A stretch of DNA of 64,000 bases from Chrysomallon squamiferum (taxonomy: Eukaryota; Animalia; Mollusca). The notes below the pieces were generated by a model, which did not search any database, was not told where the DNA came from, and saw only the letters and a program-made list of their open reading frames with translations. Positions 10,441 to 24,310 of this stretch are shown one piece after another. Position 1 is the stretch's first letter. Each line of letters starts with the position of its first letter. The translations under genes and the position numbers were made by a program. Location: the NCBI GenBank assembly GCA_012295275.1, contig CM022679.1:11656001-11720000 (forward strand), given 5' to 3'.

Positions 10441-13400
10441 AATATTTATTTTCACTCATTCAGTGTTTTTGGACTGAGTAGTCTAGTTAACATGAACGTT
10501 CATCCAGCAGACCTTACACTGAACATTTTGCAAAAACTTCAAGCAAAGAAAATGGCATTTTGATATTCATGTGAAGTATGATCATGAACAGAAAATATAT
10601 TAAATACATTTTTAAAAATGTCCAAAGGAACAGTATAGATGTTTAGAACATTTATTAAATATTAATTTTTCTTCCTTAACTTTAAACAATTAATTTCACT
10701 ATAATATATATCAGCAATATTTGTTTTATGCTTAAAAGGATGAATGTTTAACTTATCTTTTAACTGTTACTGTAAAAAAAAAAAAAAAAAAATTATTATT
10801 TGTTAAATAATGTTTAATTCATAATGTATTTATATGTATTATAATTCATATTGAAAGGCTGTTTGCAGTTGACTGCTTTCATGAATTACTTTTATTTTTA
10901 ATAATAAATTATATCTGGAGATAATAAACAGCACTGTCAATCTGATACATGCACCTTTGTGGTCAAATTATGTATTAAATGCTATTTAAAAATCTGACTT
11001 GCCACACTTTACATTTTATACATTACCAGTTTCACTACTAGCATCAGTACCTTTTTCTTAATGTAGAGTAGCAAAATACCAAGTAGAGGATTCATTTTTT
11101 TTTTTTTTTATAGAAATGGCTTACCCATTTTGGAAATATATGCATTCAAAAATAATGCTTCAATTTTACAATTAAAAACAAAATACTTCATATTTTTTCA
11201 GTTTTAATGAAGATGTTTAAAAACAGTCGTTCAAATATTCCACACAATATATATTTTACCTCAACACAATGTCCTGCATGTTCAACATATGGATGTGTGT
11301 GCAGTCATGTTGCACTTGCCAATCCTTGTACTTGTACCATTTCAGTTTTGTGCACACCAATATGTTATGCCATGTATTTATTTCTTTACAATTTCCCCAT
11401 AAAAATCAATACAAATAAAAGTAACTTTTCAATCACCAATAATTTCAAGAGCAAAAAAAAAAATTAAAAATTAAATTTAAAAAAATTTAAAAATAAAAAT
11501 TTAAACAAATTGTATCTGAATCCACAGTATTGTTAGGAATACCAACAACAAAAAACAAATAAAAATCAATTTTTAAATAGTTTATTTCATCAAACAAATG
11601 ATGCATTCTTTGTGTAATTATGGTTGCATAAAGGGCTAACATTCTAAAACTGGGAGGAAATGAACATTTATGGCACATAAATATTAACAATACATTGTAA
11701 AACAAGGAAGCATAATTTTTCATTATGTATCAGAATTGCATAATACTATAAAATAACAATAATTTATTTTCTTCATTTGTTTATTTTTACCCCCAGTATT
11801 TATAATTCTCTTCAAATTTGAGTAGAAATAGTTACATGTAAAGAAATATCTCTGAATCTCTGTCAAAATGTAAAGAACATAAATTTTATGTAAAGTGTAC
11901 TATTAGTATCTTGAAGCATTAATCTGCATATTAGATAAAAAAAATTTTTTTTAAAAAGCAGATCTGATAGAATAGAAGAAGATGAAGAAGAAGATGAAGA
12001 AAAAGGAAGATATTTCAAACTGAAATCTAGTAATTCCAATAAATAATACTCATTATTCAGGCGATAAAAAAAATGGAAAAGAAAAAAATGCTGATAATAA
12101 AAATATCTTCTCTAAGTTTTAGAATTTGCAAGATATGTTACAATGCTACAGACAAAATTATTATTATTATTATTATTATTATTATAGTCAATTCCCTTTT
12201 CCCCAGTATATTTTAATACACTGAAATTAATGTAAATTAATTTATTATACTCAGAAAATACTCTTTTATTTTATTTTATTCTTTGGTTGTTTTTCACAGC
12301 CAGTTAATTGCCTAACTGGTAAACTTTCCATATGTTTTCATAAAAAGTACCATTCAAAGATGATTAAAACATATATATATATATATTTTTTTTTTTTTCT
12401 TCAAAATGAAACTGCTAAATGCATTTTAATCTTTGTTGGTTCCTATGACAATATTTTTCTTAATATTAAAATGTCACAATTCAAAGAGAAAATATTTGCC
12501 ACATCTTTTGTTATTACAGTAATTATATAATTTGTTTGTCACTTTGTTACATTACACCACTGACATTCATTTAGAATATATTATGTTAGAGAATATTACA
12601 AAATAAATTTACCATAAATAACAGTATGTAAAAGCAAATCATGTTAAATTAAAGTGTTAAACATTTTACAAATAATTTAAATCCTTTAGGAGAAATATTT
12701 AAAGCTATCCAACAATTAAAAATACATTAAATGGAAAACCTCTAAAAACAAAGCTCAGAATACATTGGTAGGAGTTTTGCACAAGGCCATAAGAAGCAGA
12801 AACAAACATTTTGTTATTGTGTGTTGCATATTTTTAGTTTCCTGACTTGATTACATTAAATCACTAAAGATGATAGTTATGGTCCAAACATTAACTGTAT
12901 AAAAGTATTTATGTGGTTGATGCCTTAACAACTGATGAAAAAAATGGTTTTTCTTTATTGTCTCAACTCAAAAAAACAACAAAAAAACCCCAGATTTCTT
13001 TCTCATACCCTTATAATTTTCTGGATCCTGTACAAAGATTAAGGTATTAACCTTAATTTCTACTGGGTTAGTAACACAACAATCAGCCATTTCTTCAGCA
13101 TTTTATTATCCCTAATAAAGTTTAGATTATTTTTAATTTGTTAACTAGTCTAGCTATTTCTAATACTACATGAAAATATAAACTGACAAAAATTAATGCC
13201 CACACAATAGTCATCACAAAAAAGACTGTAAATATATTAATAATTTAGTAACCAAACTGAAAACTATTTTATAAAGTTAATTATAGGATATTTGAATTAC
13301 TACTAAATAAAATATATTTTAAAAATAAATAATTCAGTTATGAAAAAATGTCACAGAATAAAAGTTAATATTATTGTTAATATTAAACTTATGATGACAA

Positions 13401-15503
13401 TATGAAGATTAACAATTCTGAATATTTGTTTTCGTTGTGTGCATACATCCAGAACATATGAGAACTAGCAAATTGCATACCATATTGAAAAATTATTATT
13501 ATCATGTATTTTAAATAATAATATGTGTGATTTAAAATATATGGGATTATTATAGAGATACTTAATGTGGTATTTATTCGGTGATAAATGAAATACAGTT
13601 ATCTGAATGATGTTAGATGACTATGCTGGTAAGATTCCATACAAAAATTAAATACAAAAATTAAATAAATGGTAATGTAACTTAATGTAAGAAGTTAACA
13701 AATATTTGAAGATATGTTTAATGAATTAGGATATGTGTAAACATTAACTATTGCTTATAAAATAGGAAGTCCATAAATACACACAAACATTAAAAATATG
13801 TGATAAGTAAGCTGTTCTATATATAAATATTAATGTTTCTTTTTAAAAAAGACACTGGAGAATATTTTTAATAATTTATCTGTTACTTTTGGTTAAAAAA
13901 TGAAGTCTGTATGTAGTATGTTGTATTTAGTAGTAAACAGCAAGGATATCTTTTTACCTTAGAAAATCAACATACGTGTTGTTGGTAGTGTTATATGAAT
14001 CAAGTTTCTGAAACATGGTCTGAAGAAAATTTATGTAAAGATGTAACTTTTCCATCTGGCCAATTATCTAATTGTTTCTGAAAATTGTAGAAAGACAAAA
14101 AACTGAACAGCAAAAATATATTTGTATGGAAGATGAAATTTTGGAACAATAAACCCATATATTGGTCATAAGAAAATGCTGATGTTTTTATCAAATCTGA
14201 GATTCACTTGTCACTACTGAAACAAAAATATTTGTTTAATCATGGCAATTTTTTTAATGTGACAAACTTTATAACACAAAATTGTGTTCAGTATGTCAAG
14301 AAAGAAAAATAGTTGAGATTAAACTATTAACAAAATGGCTGGTCTGCACAGCATTGAAGAAATAAACCGTAGTCATGGATATTTTGGCTTAGATGCATAT
14401 TATATTTTGAGTAACATACTGATTAGAACCATGACAGGTAAGAACATACCATTCCTGATATATCTGAAATATATTCATTTACCTAACAGGATATTTTTAA
14501 AAACCCAAAACAACAACAAGAAATATTTTCCAATGCCAAAAACATCATAACATATACTGGATAAAAATACTACTGAATACTACTTTTTAATTACAAAAAT
14601 GATGTCAAATGTGTAATCTACTGGGATTTTTTTGTGTTTATCCAATATTTATTTTTATTTTATTATTATTTGTTTTTGCTGTGGCATCAACATGTTTTTA
14701 ATGTATGTAGTCATCATAAGAATGCTGGAGATACATAAAAAACTAGAATTATATACATATCACTAACTGATCAAATGTTAAAATCTTAAATAACATAAAA
14801 TGAGTTATATGTGGTTTTTTCATTTTTACAAATAAATGAATAATGTAACAAGACATCTACAAACATAAAGTTAGTTCTGTTAAGATATTAAATAATCTGT
14901 GTTAGTCTGATTAGTACATGAAACAATGTAAAGAAGATATATTCTAGAATAAGTTATAAATAAATATTTTCCAAATTTATTTTGTTATTGTTCCTTTTTT
15001 TTATCATATTTTCAAAGAAATTTTAAATCATTAAAGTTATGGATCTGGATCTACTATTCAAGAAAAAGGTTATTGAAAAATACCTTTGATAGAAACATTA
15101 AAAGGTTATCAGATCTGAAGTATGTGTCACTTTAAATAATAAAATTACCCCACCAAAACACCATAATAATAATAAAAAAAAAAAAAAAAAAAATATCCAC
15201 AAAAATATGTTACAAACAAATAAAACTACAACATAAAATATAACTGTGGAATGTTAATTTTTTTTTTTTTTTATTTTGTTAAAATACCAATAAAAGCAAA
15301 CAACATGTAATTAAAACAAAACTATCAACATAAAATAAGAACAGTGGCAGTGGAAACTGTCAAAACTAAAACAAAACAAATATGCACAAACAATTCTACA
15401 GGTTGAGGATCCCTCATTTGAGTTGGCTGGGAGTGAAACTGATTTAGATTTTGGACTACAAAGAAATAATTTGAGGGTCTAGAGTCTGTATGTATTTTTA
15501 TAT

Positions 15504-15541
<38 letters not shown>

Positions 15542-17289
15542 TGTTCTCTACACAAAATGAAAACTAAAAAATATCTATCTCAGCTGCTTGAAAACAGTTT
15601 TAGAATTTGAAATTTTTTGAATATTAGAAATTTGGTTAAGGAATCATCAACCTGTAGATACAACATAAAATACAATACATCTGTAATGGAACAATATTTA
15701 AAAACAAATTTCCTGTTTTGAATAAAGTAAATATTATGTAGTATATGCAATTAAACAGTCATTCCTATTTTAAAAGATTTTTTATATTAAATTTTTTGAC
15801 TTCAGATAAATAAATTAAGCTTACATATTACATAATCGAGTATAACAAGGACGTATCTTTTGATTCATATTGATTACTTTATTTTCAGTTCTATTATAAA
15901 AATTATGTTTGATCAAAAAGATTTTTTAACTTTTTTTTTTGGCCATTGTGAATGAATAAAAAAAAGATATAAAAAAGTTGTAAGAAAACGTATTAATTTT
16001 AATTAATTTATTTTGAATAAGTCTGAGGAAATTTATACAAAAATATAAATTTCATGAAGATTTTGTAGATGGAGCTGTTGTGACAGTTTCTAAAATGTAG
16101 AAAATATATATTATTTTTATTTGCATTTTGATTTTTGACAAATCTCTTTTATTTTGTTGTTATTTGTTTGATTATTATTATTATTATTATGTTTTTTTTT
16201 AAAGAAAAAAGAAACTAAAGAAAATTGTTCATTCTATTATGATTCTCATATTTTGATTTTCTTTTTTCAATTTCTATTTACAAATATTTAATAAAAAATG
16301 AAATATTTTTAAACACCATTTAAAAAATTCTTGTTTCAGTTGTGGGAGATTTTAATTATGCAAAATTCAACAAACAAAATTTAACAAGTGGACAATAAAT
16401 AAAGAAGGAACACTGGGTGGATTAAAAAATAACACTAAATAAGGGACATTTATTTATTCGTTAATTATAAAGAAAATGTAGAACTTGTACATCAATATAA
16501 TTTGTTAATATATTTATAATTAATCTGTACATCGCAATTATATCATTGTTTGTATAAATAACAGTACTAATTAATAAACATTCACATATTATCATTATAT
16601 ATTAAAAATAACAACAAATCACAGTCATTTACATGATAAATTATGATAAAAGAGATGATCACAATGCTTTCAAAATATACAGAAATCACATGAAGATTAA
16701 ATATGTACAATCTGTATTTATAATCATAAACAGTTCCATTAAACATAAAGGTACTGAAATCAAGTATGACAATTTGGTCCAACTTGTTTACACAGAAGAA
16801 AATGTCTATGCATCATTTAAGAATTTTAGCCTGTCAAAGCTCTGGGAAAGCTGAGATCAAACAATAAATATATTTGTTTTTAATTTCACTTTATTTAATC
16901 AAAATTGTACCATTTAAAAATTTAAACAACTGTAGAAAATAATCCACCCAAATGACATAATTGCATTTTATCATTTCTTGTCATCAATATTATTATAATG
17001 TTTAATATAATTTGCTATTGGCTAGGTAATACCTTTCTCAATACTAATGACTTAACAAAAATATTGTTTTTGCTAATATTATTTCAATACTTAGATAAAA
17101 AAACAGATAACTACTAGGTAACTAAAATTTGAAGCACGATTCTAAATAGAAAAAATTAGCGATACACAGTGAGTTCATTAACTTTTATTTACTATTGTAA
17201 GTTGTATTTAACTATAATACCACTTACTTTCTGTATGATATTATGATTGGTTACTATAATTAAACTCTACTAATTGTATTACACATAAC

Positions 17290-17530
17290 TAAATTGGCTT
17301 GTTGCTACATATATTGTGACACTAAAATTTTATGTTGCTATACATAATTATGACATGAAATTTTACTGTTGCTGTAGGTAATTATGACACTCAAAGTTAT
17401 GGCAGCTATACTTAACAGTGATACTTACAGACTGGTTTCTACACAAATGTCATAAAACTACTATGTTATGACACTAATTTTATGGTTGATATAAACTAAA
17501 TTGACTGGTTGTTATATATGTTGTAACACT
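17290..17530. repeat. Degenerate ~34-bp minisatellite
   Basis: Recurring units such as gttgctacatatattgtgacactaaaattttat / gttgctatacataattatgacatgaaattttact / gttgctgtaggtaattatgacactcaaagttat; boundaries approximate. Confidence 0.7.
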
Positions 17531-18695
17531 AAATCTTATTATTATACACAACTGAACTAACAGGCTGGGATTCTTAACTGACTACTGCTATGTAATAGAC
17601 TGGTTCCAGTACAGAAAATTATTACACATTTCAGTTTTTATGGAATTTTTTTCTCCTTGATGACCTATTTGTAATTATTTTATCCACAGAACTGAAAGGA
17701 AATCATTTTAACTATAAAATTCGTTTCATCTAAGATTCACTGAGATTTCTGTATAATCTATAAATATAAATACTGTTACACTAAATTAAAAGTAATAAAT
17801 AAAACCTGAAGGTTCAGCTTCTGAAAAAAAAGTTTTTATTATGCATACAACAAATGCACTACTGAGATCAGGAACAAGTGATCACCATTTAATTAATTAA
17901 ATTTGGCCTAATGCCAATAAAGTTTAAAAATATTAAATGTCTAAAGATTAAAAATATTTTTTAACACACCTATAAAACTTTTATTCTTAAAATAACAAAA
18001 ATAAAAAACAAGCAACAAGTAATTCTTAAATTAATAATTAATTAATTAATAATTTTTTTTTTTTTAAATAGCATTCAACTTTAACAAGGAAAAAGTAATT
18101 AGAAACGATATTTAAACAAGTTGAAAAAAAAATCTATCTTCCTAAAATTTATATATAAATATAACACATTTATTTACAATTCCTGCAGCAGTGTTGTGAC
18201 CATGTATAGATTGCATCCCACATATATGTCAGTTTTTAAATAAGGCTCCAGCTGAATAGTTAAAATGTTACAAAGGCAATACTAAAGAGGTGTTGGAGGA
18301 CCAAATTAAATGACTTTCTTAATATAAATTGAGATGTACCACAAGGACTGCAAATTTAGTCGAATTATCCTTTTTTGCTTAAAATGTATTTACATACATT
18401 TGTATTTTGTGAATAATATTTGCTTAACTGAGTGAATCACACTTTAAGGACAACCATCTTTCTGAAGGCTGTAACTTCACAACCTTCAATGTTGAGCAAA
18501 CATTTAAAATAATTATTAAAATCTGCATCTTGTTTCAAATCTCTTGTTACTCCTCAGTCACACACTATCTACTAATATTAAAATTAAGTAAATAAATATG
18601 TCTTTATTTATCAAATCATCTATTCAAATGGAGTCTTACTTTACAACTGTTTTATTTAACTGATGAAAAGTTTGTATTTACAAAACAGAAATATA

Positions 18696-19844
18696 CTATA
18701 TCTGTATGGGACCTTGGTCCTCACGAAGATCTTTTAATAATCTGTTACAAACTTCCTTCTGTTTAGTGGGACTAACAGGCACCTCTTGATGCATATAGGA
18801 ATCTTCCATCAGGAGAGGTTCATTGTTCATAGCAGCAGTAAATGCATAATTAGGAGAAACAGGTGTTCCATTTTCATCCCAGGCCAACTTGTCAGGATGA
18901 TCAGGAGGCTGGGATGAAGCACCAGAGGTTGTGTCATCTACTGAGTCCCGACTGCTGGTCAGGGATGATGATGACTTATCTGAATTCTCTGGATTATTTT
19001 TAAAGTTAGAGGCAGCAAAATCTTGAGGCGGAGAACCATTTGGTATTGTATTTGCTTCTTTTTCCTGATCATAGTGATTTATAATGGGTTTCTCTGATAA
19101 GTCCTGGTTACTGCCTAGATTGGAAGCTTTGGGATCTTCTGGCTCTTCAGAATCACGACTTCTTTCATGACCAGTATCCAAGCTGCTACCCCAGGACTGC
19201 TGAAGATTCTCTTCACTAATGTGGAGACAAGGAAGATCTTTCTCTTCTATTTCTTCTTCACTCTCTGTGTCTAGATCAACAGGATCATTGTGTCTGTCGC
19301 TGCTACCTAACAATGCATGTTTGACATCCTCTTCTTCTTCATTTTCTGAAATGTTGTTGTCTGACTCTGGTTTTGTATGATCTGTAAACAGATGTGTTTC
19401 CTCATCAGGTTGATCTTCCAGACTATCACTGAATGAATCATGTGCACCAGAAACCACGGGGTCACTAGATTCTATATTACAAACATCCTCTGCTGATGGC
19501 TCAGTTATGTCAACTGGTCTCCTAAAAAGCTTTTTTCGTTTGTTTCGTTTGACTACATCATGAATACTTCCTTCAGATTGTAGACTTCGAGGCATCTCAG
19601 TCATTGGAATACAGTCAGGTTCATCTTCACAAGCTTCATCCAGTGATACAGCTTTGAGCCTGCTTCTTGATCCACGGGAAGGTCTATGTGCATTTGATTT
19701 CTGTTGGCCTGAATTTGGATTAGGCATTGCAGGAAAGCTTTGCTCCATTGAAAACACACGAGGTTCAGCACTGCCTCCGTTTGCAGAATCAGGTTGTTTT
19801 GTAGGGCTAAGTTCTGGTATAGCATCTGTCTGCATCCCCTTATC
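18696..19844 (-). CDS. Neuregulin-like precursor, last exon (long Ser/Asp/Glu-rich cytoplasmic tail)
   Basis: tttcag|GAT acceptor (phase 0). Encodes DKGMQTDAIPELSP...EDQGPIQI*; 382 codons open in AT-rich DNA. Confidence 0.92.
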   Translation of the reverse strand, partial: DKGMQTDAIPELSPTKQPDSANGGSAEPRVFSMEQSFPAMPNPNSGQQKSNAHRPSRGSRSRLKAVSLDEACEDEPDCIPMTEMPRSLQSEGSIHDVVKRNKRKKLFRRPVDITEPSAEDVCNIESSDPVVSGAHDSFSDSLEDQPDEETHLFTDHTKPESDNNISENEEEEDVKHALLGSSDRHNDPVDLDTESEEEIEEKDLPCLHISEENLQQSWGSSLDTGHERSRDSEEPEDPKASNLGSNQDLSEKPIINHYDQEKEANTIPNGSPPQDFAASNFKNNPENSDKSSSSLTSSRDSVDDTTSGASSQPPDHPDKLAWDENGTPVSPNYAFTAAMNNEPLLMEDSYMHQEVPVSPTKQKEVCNRLLKDLREDQGPIQI

Positions 19845-20598
19845 CTGAAAATTTAATATTTAAATATTAAAATATTTTTTAGGATAGCAGTGTTTTTCCA
19901 GGTACAGATCTGTATCATTTATTTTAAATGTGAAAAAAAAAAAAAATGGTAGTAATATACTCATAATTGTATGTTAGTTCATTCATATCAAAAACTTTAA
20001 GCTGTGTAATTTTATCTGGTAATAGTAATGTAACATCTTGTTTTCTGTACTATTAAAAACACATGCATGTACACACATACACTTCTTCATGTAAAATAAT
20101 TGTTTAAAAATCCTCATCCATTAAATATAAAAAATCAAGACAATAATTATGCTTTACAATGTCCACACTAGCATTTCATGCTTCTAAGAGTTACTTCCCT
20201 TTATTCTTAGACTTATTCTCAGTCTAAAGTAACACAAAAATAATATTAAACTATTTTTCTTATGTTTTAATAACTCTTATATTAAACTAGTCATATGTAT
20301 ATCGCCATTTAAATCTATAATGACTATTCCTTAAAACTCTTTGCTCTCTATCCTACATGCACATCATAACCTAAATTTGTCACATATCCACTGTGTATTA
20401 GGATCTGTGAACAACATAAAGGGAAGAATATGGTTTCCCTGACAGAGATCATAAATCACTGATTACTTTTAAAACCATTTCAGTAATCTTAATTGCTGTT
20501 GTTTGTTGAATGTTTACAAATTAATGATCTGAAATGAAGGTCCAAACCATGTGTATTTAAAAAATAATAAAAAATTACAACTGCATAGGACTACAGAC

Positions 20599-20725
20599 CT
20601 TGCACACACGAGCTGTGAATCGATGATGACCATGGTCAACTTCGTCCAGAGTTTGATAATGACCTCTCGTTTGTCTTGGAATGTTTCGAGATGATCTTCT
20701 TGCTTCAAATTTTTTGCGTTGTCGT
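20599..20725 (-). CDS. Neuregulin-like precursor, juxtamembrane cytoplasmic exon
   Basis: tttacag|A acceptor (phase 2). Encodes (K)RQRKKFEARRSSRNIPRQTRGHYQTLDEVDHGHHRFTARVCK. AAG|gtctgt donor (phase 0) fits the last exon. KRQRKK resembles NRG1 KTKKQRKK. Confidence 0.88.
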
Positions 20726-20801
20726 CTGTAAATTATTTATGAAAGAAACAATTTGATACATATAAATAAACCTTTATAATTTATGGCATTCCGATAATTA
20801 A

Positions 20802-20833
<32 letters not shown>

Positions 20834-20922
20834 AACAATAACAGTAACAGTAATAATTTAATTTGAAAAATAAAAGAAGAACTGAATTTCTTAAGAAACA
20901 AATAGTTTATTTTGATACTTAC

Positions 20923-21025
20923 TTTGCAAGATAGTAAGAGATAATGCAGATGGCAATGAAGACCAAAATAGCAATAACAATGCCAATGATGATTAGTGTG
21001 CGATCATGTAATAGTTTGGCTTGTC
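20923..21025 (-). CDS. Neuregulin-like precursor, transmembrane exon
   Basis: ttttag|GA acceptor (phase 1) and AA|gtaagt donor (phase 2). QAKLLHDRTLIIIGIVIAILVFIAICIISYYLAK aligns by eye with NRG1 AEELYQKRVLTITGICIALLVVGIMCVVAYCK. Confidence 0.93.
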
Positions 21026-22194
21026 CTAAAAAAATAGAAACAAAGAAAATTAATACAGAAATATACAGTTGTGATAAAGTAATAAATAAAAACATATGTT
21101 TCATGCATTGTTTCACATGAATGAAAATTAATAATTTTCTGTTAAAACTATTCAAATAAAACCTAAATAACTATCCTTGTTCCCTTTTTAAGTGTTAGAT
21201 ATGATAAATAATAAATTTATTAATACTTTTTACTCAGTAAGTTTAAAAAAAAAAAAAAATTGATCAATTACAAAATGTTTTAATTAAATACTATATAAAT
21301 ACGTCTGTTTATTTTAGACAGCCATCAAGATGCTTTGCATTCATGAAAAAAAAAAAAAAAAAATGTGAATGCAAAGTATGTTGATAGTTGTCTAAAAATG
21401 AACTAAAAAAGTCGGAAATTTAATTCATGTAAGATTATTTCTGTCATTAAATCTCAAAACTTTACATAAACCAGCTTGTTTTATCAGTCACAAGATGCAC
21501 TTCACACATTTTGACAGTTACACTTGAGAAAAATGATAATGAATATTTACTCCTATCTTTCTGTCCTTCTAATGTTACATGTTGTGTAGTTAAAAAATCA
21601 TATTTAGCAGAAAAATCTTAGTTGTTGTCTTTTAGAGCCCAGTTTTTATTAACAAAATATTTGTAAACATGCAAGTGCATATGGTTTATGTCTGTGATAT
21701 GGTTTTGCATTTATGTGTGTGTGTGTGTGTGTATTGCCTCTTATTCTGTCTCTGTGTCTGTATAACTAGCAACAATCTTTATTTCTAAAAAAAACAACAA
21801 CCAACAACAAATAAATAAACACTGTTTGCTAATTGTGTGAAATGTGTGAATGAAAACTTATATTCATCAATACTTTAGCTCGATGGTTTCTGTCAGTTTA
21901 CTGTTGGCTGGATGGAATGTGTTTGTCAAGTAATCCCGTGAGAAAATAGTCATCTTAATCTGCTTTGACAATTGATTTTGTCTTTGACAGTCCAGATATA
22001 TCAAAGATTTCCTTACTTGTTTTCTACTGCCTTTATTTTTGTCTTTATGTGCAGTCAGGTTGCAGAGGTTTAATTACTACAGACAACAAGACTGCAAAAC
22101 CTTGGTAGTGAGAAATGTTTCCCTTTGAGTACATTTGTTTGTGTGCATGTCCATATACATAGGTGTGTATGCATGTATGTATTGCATGTATTGT

Positions 22195-22220
22195 ATGGAT
22201 GGATGGATGGATGGATGGAT

Positions 22221-22252
<32 letters not shown>
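22195..22252. repeat. (GGAT)n-(GT)n compound microsatellite
   Basis: Directly visible. Confidence 0.9.
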
Positions 22253-22256
<4 letters not shown>

Positions 22257-23577
22257 TACAGGTAAAACATGCAACTATAATCTACACAAGTGAGAGGGTT
22301 TTCTTTAGCTCAAGGTGAAGATATGGAAATTACAGTGTAGAACAGGCTAATAAAGTGGATTTATCATCTCAATAATTATAGAGTACATGCATGTTGTTCA
22401 TTTGTTACATGTCTTTTGTTACATGTATGTTCAAAAATTCAGAAATCACCAAATTATTTTGTACACCTTTTATAAAGTAATCCAAGCTTTTGAGACAAGC
22501 AGGGAAAATGATTTCAAAATCAAAACTCATGTAAGAAATACCGAGCAGTATTTGTATGAAATAATCTCCACAGGAATAAATGATTTAGTTTCTAATAAAC
22601 ATAATTTATACAAGACAGAGGATTAATGAATTATTTTATATGAAACAATGTTGCAAAGGTTTATAAAATTGAAAAATATTCAAATGACTGTTTTATTTTT
22701 AAGATAAAAAAAATATTTAAAAAATACAAATAAATTTTTAATTAAATAAATAAATAAAATAGATATTTAACAAATGTGTAAAAAACATTATGAAATATTT
22801 TCTTAATACTTTCATTTATTCTGTAAGAAAACTTTGTTAATTAAAAGTATACACATACATATTCATAAGTATTACTGTTTTATAAAGAATGTCTAGCAAT
22901 TTAAACATCTTCTAAAGAATATGTCCCAGGAAACCTTTGAAATGATGAATGAAAAGTAAATGTTTAGAATGAATATCCTCCAGAGAATGGTTTCAAGTGC
23001 TTAGTATACACTGTGTTAATGTACTGGAGTAATAATATACCTAACAAAGAATATTACTTAAAATTTCATGAGCAAGCAAATTCTGACCAACTTTCTGTAA
23101 AATGTTTCATTTGTAATTTGTGCAGAACCAGTAAGGGAGGTATATTAGAATTTAATATTTATGACCAAGTGAATCTAAAAGAAAATAATAGATTATGAAT
23201 GTGTGAGTAGCCTGTACAGCAACAATTCCAAAAAATATTAATATTATTCCTGGCTCAAAATGTCTTATGTGACATTACTCTCATTGAGAGGACACCACAA
23301 TTCACAGCTTGGGCACATTTTGGGTGACATATGCTAAAAGCATTTATACCTTTTTTAATGAAATTGTTAGGGGATATTAATATTAAGATTAAGAAACATT
23401 TAAAGATCACTGTGTAAAATTAAAATGTGTCAAATAAATTTGGTATACCATTTATCAGTAACTAAGATGATGTTAATAAAAAGATGTATTATTAAAAATA
23501 CAGAGAAATTATATTTGACAAGTCTTAGGAAAAGAACTCAAGAGCTTAATTTTAGGAATCCATTCCTAAAAAGCCAA

Positions 23578-23615
<38 letters not shown>

Positions 23616-24109
23616 CCCCCCCCCAAACAAAGACTGAAAGATAATTTCAACAGTTTCATCCATTTTTTCACAATGGACAGTTACATAAAAGAAAAACCAT
23701 TGTATATGCAAGTCACCAACAAACAGAGAGAAGGGTTGCCAAGGCAACCTGCCATTCCAAAGAGACCTGTTGTCAAATAATTGAATCTAAAATGTGCTGA
23801 TATTATCAGTTTATAACCAAAATGGACGCAGAGAAATGACATCAACAGAAGACATGGGTCATCAACGATAATCTACTTACAACCCACAAGTTCTTTCTCT
23901 ATTTAAGACTGTTTCTAAAAATAATTTAATATTCAGGTTACATTAGTACAGAAAGAGTTAATAAAATGGACATAAACCTAACTTTATCAAATTATAATTT
24001 TTTATTATTATTTTACTCTTTTTTTTTTCACAGTTAAATATGGAGATACAAAAATAGCAGGTGTCATATAAAAGAAAATCAATTTTAGAAAAAGATATTA
24101 AAATACTTT

Positions 24110-24310
24110 TCACTGTTACTGGGTCATCAAAACACAAAGGGTTTTCAAGTACTTGCTTTTGAGCTTATTTGATTCTCAAAATATACAGGGTTTTTTAGTA
24201 TTTATGTCTGAGATAATTTGGTCATGCAGATATATAGGGTTTTTAGGTACTTGTGTTCTGAGGTTACTTGATCACCTGAATTCTCAGAATTTTTGTTATT
24301 CTGGTTTTTA
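24110..24310. repeat. Degenerate ~50-bp tandem repeat, about four units
   Basis: Recurring agggttttcaagtacttgcttttgag / agggttttttagtatttatgtctgag / agggttttaggtacttgtgttctgag motifs; boundaries approximate. Confidence 0.6.

Noticed and set aside
19601-19848. Overlapping alternative-frame and antisense ORFs in the last neuregulin exon
   Set aside because: Short shadows of a real coding exon with no independent signals.
23881-23914. Minus-strand gtaagt donor at 23880 as a linker exon between EGF and TM
   Set aside because: Upstream acceptors give 34 or 28 nt (frameshifting) or 18 nt (creates TGA at the junction, weak acceptor).
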